Source: Candidatus Latescibacterota bacterium
Lineage (GTDB): Bacteria; Latescibacterota; UBA2968; GCA-2709665
NCBI GenBank assembly: GCA_965237675.1
Contig: OZ250150.1
Coordinates: forward strand, 256,001-320,000
DNA: 64,000 bases
Direction of reading: 5' to 3'
The notes under the pieces: model-generated
Databases searched by the model: none
Told to the model about the DNA's origin: nothing
Seen by the model: the letters and a program-made list of their open reading frames with translations, nothing else
Made by a program: the position numbers and the translations under genes
Shown here: piece by piece, positions 40,415 to 50,057 of the stretch
How positions within the stretch are numbered: the first letter of the stretch is position 1
How the letters are laid out: each line of letters starts with the position of its first letter

Positions 40415-41575
40415 CTAACTGCCGAAGGCTTTCGCAAAGATCAGAAAATCACCAAATCCAATGGCGCCGTCCCCGTCCAGATCATATTCCGCGTCGTACC
40501 CCGCATCGCCTTGATTCAACCCGAAGATCGCGGCAAACTGCAAAAAGTCGACGAAGTCAACGGCGCCGTTGCCATCGAAGTCCGCATTGGCGGTTTCAGG
40601 GGTGATGCGCGGCGCAATATTCCACAGTACAATCGTACTGTCCTGACTTCCACTCGCGAGGATCCTCCCGTCCGGTGAGAAAGACACGGAAAAGACATCA
40701 CCCGTATGCCCTCGCAATGTGGCCTTTTCCTGACCACTGGCCACGTCCCACAGTCGAACCGTATGGTCTTCACCTCCGCTGGCGAGAATGCTCCCATCAG
40801 GTGAAAATGACACAGAACCGACGTCCCCCGTATGCCCAATTAACGTGGCCTTTCTCCGACCACTGACCACGTCCCACAATCGAACCGTAGCGTCTCCACT
40901 GCCGCTGGCGAGAATACTCCCGTCCGGAGAGAACTTTACGGAGGTAACCCAACCCTCATGACCCCGAAACGTGGTTATCTGCTGACCGCTGCCCACGTCC
41001 CACAGCCGAATCACACCGTCATAGCCTCCACTGGCGAGAGTCCTCCCGTCAGGTGAGAACGTCACGAAGTGAAGACTCATACTCTGCCCTCGCAGTGTGG
41101 CTTTCTCCTGACCGCTGGCCACATCCCACAATAGAATATCCACAAGACAAACTGCGAGTGTACTTCCATCCGGAGAGAACGACATGGAGACGGGAACACT
41201 TATATATCCCTGTAGCGACGCCTTCTCCTGAAGGCTGGCCACATCCCACAACCGAACGACTTCGCTGGCACTGGCCAGGGTTCTCCCGTCCGGCGAGAAC
41301 GTCACGGACCTAACCCAACTCTTATGCCCCGTCAGTCTGGCCTTCTCCCTGCCGCCGGCCACATGCCACAATCGAACCGTTCTGTCCCAACTCCCACTGG
41401 CGAGTGTACTCCCGTCCGGCGAAAACGATACGGACCAAACCCGCCCGGTATGCCCTCGCAGTGTGGCGCCGCGTTCGGGCAAACTGATGGGGTTATTCTC
41501 TTGAGCGAGGCTGTTCTGTGCCAACAGGACACTGACTAACAGGACAGCAAAATAGAATCTATAGCTCTTCTTCAT
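40415..41575 (-). CDS. Secreted WD40-repeat protein with a C-terminal dockerin/EF-hand-like domain
   Basis: Signal peptide; about 7 GH...SV.FSPDG..LAS...D..VRLWD repeats; ADFDGNGAVDF.DF...YDLDGDGAIGFGDF. Confidence 0.9.
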   Translation of the reverse strand: MKKSYRFYFAVLLVSVLLAQNSLAQENNPISLPERGATLRGHTGRVWSVSFSPDGSTLASGSWDRTVRLWHVAGGREKARLTGHKSWVRSVTFSPDGRTLASASEVVRLWDVASLQEKASLQGYISVPVSMSFSPDGSTLAVCLVDILLWDVASGQEKATLRGQSMSLHFVTFSPDGRTLASGGYDGVIRLWDVGSGQQITTFRGHEGWVTSVKFSPDGSILASGSGDATVRLWDVVSGRRKATLIGHTGDVGSVSFSPDGSILASGGEDHTVRLWDVASGQEKATLRGHTGDVFSVSFSPDGRILASGSQDSTIVLWNIAPRITPETANADFDGNGAVDFVDFLQFAAIFGLNQGDAGYDAEYDLDGDGAIGFGDFLIFAKAFGS

Positions 41576-41606
41576 AGAATATCCCTTTCTATCGCCACAT
41601 GCGGAC

Positions 41607-41644
41607 CTCTCCCCCCGGCCCCCTCTCCTGCGAGGAGATGGGAG
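41607..41644. repeat. Extragenic palindromic (REP-like) element
   Basis: ctctccccccggccccctctcctgcgaggagatgggag between the WD40 paralogs. Confidence 0.45.
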
Positions 41645-41793
41645 TTGGACTATGCGTTCGTCGACCGATCATAGTTTCCCCCTTTCTCTCAGGAATCGGA
41701 ATAGGAGGCGGTCTGCCATCCATTGTGATTCCGGCATCAGCTTTCGTTCTCCGACGCCACTGCCGCGGATCAGCATGTCGCCTGCACGCCCGC

Positions 41794-43007
41794 CTAACCG
41801 CCGAAGGCTTTGGCAAAGATAAGAAAATCACCGAGTCCAATGGCGCCGTCGCCGTCTATATCATAACCCGTATAATACCCGACATCGCCAAAACTCAACC
41901 CGAAATGCGCCGCAAACCGCAAAAAGTCGGCGAAGTCAACGGCGCCATTGCCATCGAAGTCCGGATTGGCGGGCTGTGGGGTGATATGCGGAGACATATT
42001 CCACAGGACAATCGTGCCGTCCTTACTCGCACTGGCGAGAATCCTCCCGTCCGGCGAGAACAACACGGAAAAAACCCGACCCGTATGCCCTCGGAGTATG
42101 GCCTGCTCTTTTCCGCTGGCCAGATCCCACAATCGAACCGTATGGTCTTCGCCTCCGCTGGCGAGAGTCCTCCCATCCGGTGAGAACGAGAAGGACGAAA
42201 CCGAGCCCTTAGGCCCTTGAATTGTTGCCTTCTTCCGTCCGGTGGCCACATCCCGCAATCGTATCGTATCGTCTCCACTGCTGCTGGCGAGAATACTCCC
42301 GTCCGGAGAGAACAACACGGTACCAACCGCACCGGCATAATCCCAAAACGTGGCTATCTGCTGACCCGTGTCCGCGTCCCACAATCGAACCGAAGCGTCA
42401 TTGCCTCCGCTGGCAAGCGTTCGCCCATCCGGCGAGAACGCCACGGCAAAAGCACTGGGCGAATGCCCCCCCCCAGCCTGGACTTCTCCCGACGGCTGGA
42501 CACGTCCCACAAATGAACGTCTCCCAGACAGGCGGCGAGCGTGCTTCCATCCGGCGAAAACGTCAATTCAGAAAAAGCCCTCATATGCCCCTCTAGCGGC
42601 GCCTTCTGCTGACCGCTGGCCACATCCCACAATCGAACGTCTTCGTTGCTACTGGCCAGGGTTTTCCCGTCCGGCGAAAACGCCACGGAATTGACAAGCC
42701 CCGCGTGCCCCGTCAGTCTGGACTTCTCCCGAAGTGCGACCACGTCCCACAATCGGATCGTCGCGTCATTACTACCACTGGCAAGCGTTCGCCCATCCGG
42801 CGCAAACGACACGGACCAAACCCCGGCGGTATGCCCTCGTAATGTGACCTTCTCCTGACCGCCGACAGCATCCCACAGTCGAACTGTAGCGACAGAACTT
42901 GCATTGCCGAGGGTACTCCCGTCCGGTGAGAACGACACGGATGGGACAGTCATCGACAGGACACTGACAGACAGGAGGGCAAAATGAAACGTATAGCGTT
43001 TTTTCAT
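41794..43007 (-). pseudogene. Second WD40-dockerin paralog, frameshifted at a G9 tract (42466-42474)
   Basis: ORFs 42354-43007 and 41794-42510 join into one protein if the run is G7 or G10. Confidence 0.8.
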
Positions 43008-43076
43008 CGGACACCTCTTTCTTTCACTGAATGCGGAACCATCGGCTTACCAGCCTGATTGATTCATGAATTGTTA

Positions 43077-43283
43077 GCTGCTTTATTCACGGTTTTATAT
43101 TCTCCGCCCCCGCACACTGGCTTGTCGAGCCGGAAAATCGCGGTGGCGCCCTTGAGTTTGGTGAGATGGCGGCGATTCACGGCGTGCCCGGACACAGGAT
43201 TCTGAGGTTTCGGTTTGATGTCTATGAGCAGACAAGAATGTCTGCTCCACCTTTTCAAGATTGTGGACGAGGTATTCCTTGAG
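43077..43283 (-). repeat. Second, more deleted copy of the RAYT/REP remnant
   Basis: 43164-43283 resembles 22222-22341 and 43077-43131 resembles 21934-21988; REP agcagacaagaatgtctgctccacc. Confidence 0.7.
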
Positions 43284-43394
43284 CATGGTCTCGCGTGGAT
43301 GCGTAAGACGGCCATCGGATGTCAGGACGTGAACCTTGGCGCTGATCTGCTCACCGGTCGCGACGTCAACAATATGCCCTCGCAGGATGCCCAC
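43278..43394 (-). pseudogene. Duplicated 5' fragment of the CehA/McbA gene
   Basis: MGILRGHIVDVATGEQISAKVHVLTSDGRLTHPRETMLK versus MGILRGHIIDGATGEQISAKVHVLTSDGRFTHPREAMLK at 40173. Confidence 0.85.
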
Positions 43395-43580
43395 GGTAAA
43401 CTCCCGGAGTGGATGCGCACACGTTGGGGTGATTGCTTGGTGAAATGATGCGATTCACGTAGAGGAAGAAGCCACAACTAAAAATGTACATTCACATCCC
43501 AGTTCAAGAAACTCGAACAAATCCGATTATTCAAGCTATGTGTCACGGCGACCCAAAATCCGATCGAACCGCATGTCTGG

Positions 43581-43611
43581 CGTTGACAAATCGATCAACG
43601 GCGAATATATT
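43581..43611 (+). promoter_or_regulatory. sigma70 promoter with an overlapping operator-like inverted repeat
   Basis: TTGACA (43583) -N17- TATATT (43606); cgttga-N8-tcaacg covers the -35 box. Confidence 0.6.
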
Positions 43612-43671
43612 AGCAGAGGCCGTGACGAATAAATCATATTTCGGTGCGAATTTTATTAACGAAGGGGAAAA

Positions 43672-46521
43672 ATGGAATTTGGCGAATACATGCGTTCACT
43701 GAGAAGGAAGAAAAATATAAGCTTACGGTCACTGTCATCGGCCGTCGGCGTTGATCCGGCTCACTTCTCACGAATCGAGGCAGGAAAAATCCTGCCAACT
43801 GAGTCGTTAATCGTACGGCTGACCCAGGTTTTGGATTGCGATCCTGACGAACTGTTGCTTCGTTCGGGTAGACTCACAAAAACGATGAAGGAGTTTATAA
43901 GAAAGGATCCTGAATATGCCACATCCGTCCTGATTCGCTTATCTACCATTTCCGTTGCAGAGACGGTCGCACCCTATGGTTTACCGGACTTAGTAGATTT
44001 CAGTCTTAAGATGGGCGAAAACACACTATCAGAAAGGACTGAAGCATACCGTAAGCGAAACGGACAATTCCTTACACCCGATCTGGTTGGCCGTTTTATG
44101 GCCAAGCAACTCGGACCGGTGCGAAACGGGGAACGGTTGCTCGATCCATCCATTGGTTCCGGCGTTCTGGCATGTGCCCTTATTGAGCGCACCATAATTG
44201 AAGGACGCCCAATAGAGCTATGGATCGACGGATATGAAATCGACAAAGACTTAGTTGAAGTAGCGCGCGAGGCACTTGAAAAGGCAACAAAGCGTGCTCA
44301 AGAAAAGGGCATTACGGTTCACGCACAGGTACATAATCGCGATTTCATCTTCGATTGCATCCCTTCTTCTCAGCCTACACTCTTCGAAGCTGACAAAACC
44401 GGTGAACCGAGAAAACGATTACTATACGACAAGATTATCGCGAATCCACCCTATTTCAAACTCAACAGCGACGACCCTCGTGTGAAAGCAGTAGCCGGCC
44501 AAATTAAAGGACATTCGAATATCTACACCCTGTTCATGGCACTCTCCACAAGAATGCTTGCGCCCTTGGGGTGCGCATGTTTTATCGTCCCACGAAGCTT
44601 CTGTTCCGGCGCTTACTTTTCCTCATTCAGGCGGGAGTTTATCAGCCAAACGCTCCCATTGTCACTTCACCTATTTGAATCACGCCACGAGACGTTTAGT
44701 AAAGATTCTGTATTACAAGAGAATGTAATTATTACATACCGAAGATCACAGGACGAAAAAGCACCCGAACCTACATTCATAAGAATTGGATCATCCAAGA
44801 ATTCGCTGGATTTAGGCGAAACAAAATCCCGTATGGTATCGATGAAGCATTTCATTCGGGAATATAAGAACAAGGTGAACTTCAGATTGCCGACGAGCGA
44901 GTTCGACGAACAGGTCATTGAAATCGTGGATGGCTGGCCAGGCACGTTGCAGGATTACGGTCTGGAAGTGTCAACAGGTCCGGTCGTTGCCTTCCGCGCC
45001 CGACCATTTCTTACAGATGAAAACGCGGTTAAATGTGAACAAACAATCCCCCTTCTATGGATGCACAACATTCGGCACCGAAAGGTTGAATGGCCGGCGA
45101 CGAAAAGTAACAAGCCGCAGAGCATCCGTCTCGGCGAAGCCACTCACGATCTGTCCGTTCCGGTTTCCAACTATGTCCTGCTTCGCAGGTTTAGTGCAAA
45201 GGAAGAACCGCGTCGTCTAATTGCCGCGCCCTTTCTGAGAGACCAATTCACACATAAAAGGATAGGGCTGGAGAATCATCTCAATTACATATACAAAAAG
45301 AACGGCGAACTCGAAGCAGACGAGACGCTTGGACTATCAGCTATCTTCAACAGTGCACTATTGGATCGGTACTTCCGCATTTCAAGTGGAAACACCCAGG
45401 TAAACGCAATGGAATTGCGCGCACTGCCACTGCCACCTCGAAAAGTCATCAGGCGAATTGGAGAACAGTATCGGTCAACTGATATATCAGAAACAGGAGT
45501 GGATATAGACGTCCTGGTTTTTTCCACCTTGAGAGAAAATGGTTGTATTCCGAGAGACTTCCCGACAATAAAGGAAACCCGCATGGCGAACGGAAGGATA
45601 CAGGAGGCTCAGGAGGTATTGAAATCTTTAGGGCTACCTCCCGCACAACAAAACGAAATGTCGGCCCTGACATTGCTTGTTTTAGCGCAGCTTTCCGAAG
45701 ATACACCGTGGGCTGATGCCAATTGCCGTAGTTTGCGAATACACGATATTTTAGAAGACATCAAGGACAGATACAATCGCGAATATGCGGAGAACACCCG
45801 AGAAACGATCCGTCGTCAGGTCATTCATCAATTTGAGCAGGCAGGCCTGGTCGTACGAAACCCTGATGACCCTACCTTACCGACAAACAGCCCGCGCACC
45901 CATTATGCGTTGTCTGACTCCGCGGTCCGGACTATTTGCGCGTACCGTACTGAGATGTGGCAACAAGCGATTGCATCATTCAATGAAGCAAAAGGCGCAC
46001 TATTCGAAATTTACCAGAAACACCGAGATCAGCACAGAGTGCCATTACGGTTGTCAACCGGAGAAGAATTTCATCTCTCGCCTGGTCGACACAACGAATT
46101 GCAGGCCGCCGTTATTGAGGAATTCGGGCCACGATTCGCACCCGGAGCCCAGCTTGTCTACCTTGGCGATACCGAGGAAAAGGCGTTAATCGTGAATGAG
46201 GAGACCTTTGAGGAGCTTGGTCTGCCTGTTCCAAGCCACGACAAGCTACCAGATATAGTTTTATTTGAAGAAAAACAGAACCGGCTGTTTTTAATCGAAG
46301 CCGTCACTTCTCACGGTCCGGTGTCTCCAAAACGGCACCTCGAATTGGAAGAGACCTTTAAAGTCTGTTCTTCCAAACGAGTGTACGTAAGTGCATTTCC
46401 CGACTTCACGGTCTTCAAGAGTTTTATCGTAGAAATCGCATGGGAGACGGAAGTTTGGTTGTCCGAAATACAGGACCATCTGATTCACTTCAACGGAGAT
46501 CGATATCTGGCGCCTCGGTAA
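43672..46521 (+). CDS. Fused XRE-HTH / N6-adenine methyltransferase / BsuBI-PstI-type endonuclease
   Basis: HTH_3-like N-terminus; GQFLTP, LDPSIGSG, ANPPY, STGPVV, SGNTQVNA; then ENTRETIRRQ, HDKLPD...IEAVTSHGP, IAWETEVW, HFNG. Confidence 0.88.
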   Translation: MEFGEYMRSLRRKKNISLRSLSSAVGVDPAHFSRIEAGKILPTESLIVRLTQVLDCDPDELLLRSGRLTKTMKEFIRKDPEYATSVLIRLSTISVAETVAPYGLPDLVDFSLKMGENTLSERTEAYRKRNGQFLTPDLVGRFMAKQLGPVRNGERLLDPSIGSGVLACALIERTIIEGRPIELWIDGYEIDKDLVEVAREALEKATKRAQEKGITVHAQVHNRDFIFDCIPSSQPTLFEADKTGEPRKRLLYDKIIANPPYFKLNSDDPRVKAVAGQIKGHSNIYTLFMALSTRMLAPLGCACFIVPRSFCSGAYFSSFRREFISQTLPLSLHLFESRHETFSKDSVLQENVIITYRRSQDEKAPEPTFIRIGSSKNSLDLGETKSRMVSMKHFIREYKNKVNFRLPTSEFDEQVIEIVDGWPGTLQDYGLEVSTGPVVAFRARPFLTDENAVKCEQTIPLLWMHNIRHRKVEWPATKSNKPQSIRLGEATHDLSVPVSNYVLLRRFSAKEEPRRLIAAPFLRDQFTHKRIGLENHLNYIYKKNGELEADETLGLSAIFNSALLDRYFRISSGNTQVNAMELRALPLPPRKVIRRIGEQYRSTDISETGVDIDVLVFSTLRENGCIPRDFPTIKETRMANGRIQEAQEVLKSLGLPPAQQNEMSALTLLVLAQLSEDTPWADANCRSLRIHDILEDIKDRYNREYAENTRETIRRQVIHQFEQAGLVVRNPDDPTLPTNSPRTHYALSDSAVRTICAYRTEMWQQAIASFNEAKGALFEIYQKHRDQHRVPLRLSTGEEFHLSPGRHNELQAAVIEEFGPRFAPGAQLVYLGDTEEKALIVNEETFEELGLPVPSHDKLPDIVLFEEKQNRLFLIEAVTSHGPVSPKRHLELEETFKVCSSKRVYVSAFPDFTVFKSFIVEIAWETEVWLSEIQDHLIHFNGDRYLAPR

Positions 46522-46690
46522 GTCCCGCTGTCTCGGACGACAAGGGGAACCAACATATCTGTCTTCATCGAATAGGCCGAAAAAATCTATCACGCCTACG
46601 CCTGTTCACGCCGCCATCTCTTGCATCCCTCGCGAGACCTTTACTTACCGGCGAGTCACCCCGACCGTAAACACTGAACCACTCAACAAA

Positions 46691-46859
46691 CTACGCTCTG
46701 TTCAGCTTCTTCTTGTCGTCGCTTAACTCATGAATCGGCTCCGCGGTCGGGACGGCCGCGATCCGAGAGGGTAGGTCAATTTCGCCACGCACGTGGGCGA
46801 GTACTTCCCCAAGTGCGGTCTCGATCTCCTGGCCTAGTTGAGTGTCGTTCCGATCTCAT
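46691..46859 (-). pseudogene. Probable antitoxin (HigA/NadS-like) N-terminal remnant
   Basis: QLGQEIETALGEVLAHVRGEIDLPSRI...; start frameshifted and HTH missing. Confidence 0.4.
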
Positions 46860-47051
46860 TTGCCTTTCTCTTCTTCCTGGATTGTCGCAACCTCACCCTT
46901 TGGCGCCCCTTGGTTTACGCTCGGGTTGACCATCGTGCCGGCGTCCGGTTCGCCGGTTGAAGGATCCGAGGCTTCTTGCAGTACCCGCAATGGGGTCCGG
47001 CCGGCGGCATGGATGTCACCCTCCCGCATCAATCAGAACACAGGGTTGGCA

Positions 47052-48515
47052 TCAGCTATCGTCCTCCGGTACCTCGGATATAGCTGCTTCGTATTCGGCG
47101 ATCCAATTTTCGGCCTCTTCTTCGCTGTAGGTACCTGTAATGGCGCCGCTATCTTCCGGCAAATTGTGACTTATCGGCTGGCCGATGTGCGGTTCCAAGC
47201 GTGCACGTAAGTTTCCGATTCCAGAATCAGACAGGCCCTCGACAACGGAGTCCACGTCTTGCTGACGCAATCCACCTGCGAAAATTACTCCAGATAGATC
47301 GGTAACTATATTTTTTCGATTCCGTATTTGATCCGCGATCAAGGTCGAATCGTTTATGTCAAAACTATCCACTCCTTGCAATTGCGCGCGCTCGGGATTG
47401 ATCTCCTCGCTAAACGTCTCGCCAAAGTCTTTAAGACCCTGTAACGAACTGAATTTCGCCTCGTGTAATTGTGCAGCTCTGAGATATGTACCTTGCATCT
47501 GAGCATCACGTAATGTTGCCCCGTATAACTTTGTATTATGAAGGTACGCTCCTTGCATTTGGGCTGCGCCAAGGCTCGCCAATTGCATCCTCGCCAAAGC
47601 AAGGTTAGCCGCTTTCATATGCGTTCCATTCAGACCGGCTTCTTGCAGATGAGCAGCCGTGAGAATAGCTCCCTGCAGCAGAGCGTGATTAAGGATCGCG
47701 CCTCTGAGATCAGCATTTGAAAGAATCGCCTTTTGCATACGGGATTCAACAAGATTCACTTTACGTAGGTCGGCCTTTTCAATATATGCCCCCTGCAGAT
47801 TTGTTTTATACAGATTGGCATATTGCAGGCGTGAATTCCCAAGATCCGCCTTGTTCAGGTGTGTCTCGCTCAAAATTGCCCCCTCAAAACGCGCCTGTCG
47901 CAGATTGGCTCCGTTCAACCAGCTTCCTTGCAAGTTGATATGGAGAGCTTTAAAGACGGAATGGTCCTGGACAAAAAGCAGCGTCAAAAGACTTTGGACC
48001 TCCTCCGACGGCTTAGAATTGTGCTCTCTCCGATACGCCTCATCACCTGTCGTCTGCCGAATATGAGCACATAGAATGTCCAGTACCGTCTGTCTCAACG
48101 TAGCCGTATCTTCAGCCAGATGGAAGAGTTCATATGCCCCACCCAAGCGCACGGAGTGCGATTCGTGCCCCAAGTGTTCGATGGCGTTTTTCATGCGCTC
48201 CTGACGCTGCCCCTGCTCGGTCTTTAATACAGCATTTGCCTGTGCATCCGCTGTCTCCTCCATTGCCTTTGCGCGCTTGTACGACATCAGCGCTTGCAAA
48301 GCTACCAACACTCCGCCCATGCCGATTCCAAGGAACTTAAGTACCTCGTATTTAGGTTCCGATTTACGATCAATTCCCAAAAGGTTGAAACTCCATTCCG
48401 GGTTCTCGGAACGCATAACCGCAACAAAAACCCCGACCAGGACGACCAGAAAAAGGATTAGTGAGGTCTGAAATATCGTAAAAAGCTTAACCTTGATTTT
48501 GTCAGAACTTTTCAT
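47052..48515 (-). CDS. Membrane-anchored pentapeptide repeat protein
   Basis: 2 TM; AIEHLG....VRLGGAY, ILCAHIR; A(N/D)L repeats. Confidence 0.85.
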   Translation of the reverse strand: MKSSDKIKVKLFTIFQTSLILFLVVLVGVFVAVMRSENPEWSFNLLGIDRKSEPKYEVLKFLGIGMGGVLVALQALMSYKRAKAMEETADAQANAVLKTEQGQRQERMKNAIEHLGHESHSVRLGGAYELFHLAEDTATLRQTVLDILCAHIRQTTGDEAYRREHNSKPSEEVQSLLTLLFVQDHSVFKALHINLQGSWLNGANLRQARFEGAILSETHLNKADLGNSRLQYANLYKTNLQGAYIEKADLRKVNLVESRMQKAILSNADLRGAILNHALLQGAILTAAHLQEAGLNGTHMKAANLALARMQLASLGAAQMQGAYLHNTKLYGATLRDAQMQGTYLRAAQLHEAKFSSLQGLKDFGETFSEEINPERAQLQGVDSFDINDSTLIADQIRNRKNIVTDLSGVIFAGGLRQQDVDSVVEGLSDSGIGNLRARLEPHIGQPISHNLPEDSGAITGTYSEEEAENWIAEYEAAISEVPEDDS

Positions 48516-48607
48516 TGCGGATTTTTGAAAGGAAAGTTTGAGATCCGTGCATATGCTGCCAATTACGGCAGAAATCGAAATCGCACGCCTTCCAGGTAAT
48601 TTGACTA

Positions 48608-49870
48608 TCAGCCTTCGTCTGTTGGAGCTCCTGTCGTGGCTTCCTCGTATTCGGCGATCCATTTCTCCGCTTCTTCGTCGGTGTAGGTTCCGATGACCGC
48701 GCCGCTGTGTTCCGGAAGTTCGTAGGACGTCCTTTTACCGACGTGGGGCGTCAACTTGACTCGCAATTCGGTTGCCGTTTCGTGGTACATCCCATCCAGA
48801 ACGGATTCCACTTCCTCCAACGTCAATCCACCTGCGAAAACCGCCCCGCTCAAATCGCTCTCTTCACCGGTTGACTGCGTGATGCGCTGCGCAAAGGAAT
48901 CGGGGTAATCCACGTAACTCCTGACGCCATGAAGATTCGTCTCGGTGAGGTCCGCCCCCTGGAGATGCGCGCCGACAATAAAGGCTCCTTGCAGATGCGT
49001 CCGGCAAAGTGCTGCCCCCCGCAACATCGCCCGGGCAAGATCGGCCCCCTGCAGATTTGCCTTGGAAAGGCTCACGCCGTCGAGCCGTGCGCCGACAAGG
49101 TCGGCGCCTTGCAGCCGCGCCCATGAAAGTCCCGCCCCGTGCAGGTGCGCCCACGACAGATCGGCCCCCTGGAGTTGCGCGCCGACAAGATCGGCGCCCT
49201 GAAGCCTCGCGTCCGAAAGATTGGCGCCGCACAGGTACGCAGCACAGAGATTGGCCCCGTTCAACCAGCTTCCCTGAAGGTCAATGCGAAGACCCTTGCA
49301 GATCCCGTCGGGCGCGGCAAACAACAGGCTCAGCAGGCTCTGGACCTCAACGGAAGGTCCCGACTTGTGCCTTCGCCGATACGGGTCCGGGCCCGTGGAA
49401 CGCCGGATATGCGCGCAGAGAATGTCCAACACCGTCTGGCGCATCGATTCGGTATCCCGCGCCAGGTGGAAGAGTTCGTGGGCTCCTCCCAGGCGCACCG
49501 CCACCGAATCGTGTCCAAGGTGTTCAACGCCGTTATGCAGGCGTACATGCCGCCGCCCCAGTTCGGCGTCGCGGCTGGCTCGCGCCTGCTCCTTTGCGGC
49601 CGTGGCCTGCTCGCCCGCCGCGTCGGCCTGCGCTTTCGCAACCCGCTCCATTTCTCTGGCGCGCTTGTAGGACATCAGGGCGTTCAGGGCAACCAGGATA
49701 CCGGCAGCGCCGATTCCGAGTAATTCAAGCGCTTCGGATTTCTGGTATAGACCCAGAAGCGCGGATATATTCAGCCCGACGATCGGGACAAACAGGAGGG
49801 CGAGGAACGCACCGAACGCCAGGACGAGCAGGGCGATAAGTACAGTCTGCAAGATCAGAAAGAAATTCAT
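48608..49870 (-). CDS. Membrane-anchored pentapeptide repeat protein (tandem paralog)
   Basis: Same architecture and C-terminus (GTY..EEAE.WIAEYE); RBS ggagga before ATG 49870. Confidence 0.85.
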   Translation of the reverse strand: MNFFLILQTVLIALLVLAFGAFLALLFVPIVGLNISALLGLYQKSEALELLGIGAAGILVALNALMSYKRAREMERVAKAQADAAGEQATAAKEQARASRDAELGRRHVRLHNGVEHLGHDSVAVRLGGAHELFHLARDTESMRQTVLDILCAHIRRSTGPDPYRRRHKSGPSVEVQSLLSLLFAAPDGICKGLRIDLQGSWLNGANLCAAYLCGANLSDARLQGADLVGAQLQGADLSWAHLHGAGLSWARLQGADLVGARLDGVSLSKANLQGADLARAMLRGAALCRTHLQGAFIVGAHLQGADLTETNLHGVRSYVDYPDSFAQRITQSTGEESDLSGAVFAGGLTLEEVESVLDGMYHETATELRVKLTPHVGKRTSYELPEHSGAVIGTYTDEEAEKWIAEYEEATTGAPTDEG

Positions 49871-50057
49871 CGGGTCCTCCGGTCGTGGTGTCAATGATTG
49901 CAACCAGGATTCAATGGTCTTCCAGCGCAGTCATTATTCGGGCTGGCGGGGCAGCGCGTCGGCTGGAACGTACAGTCTGAAATATCCCGCCCCATCTTGG
50001 CTTTGGCAAACAAAATTCGCGCCACCGGGCTTCCCCGACCCGCGACGATGCGTGTTT

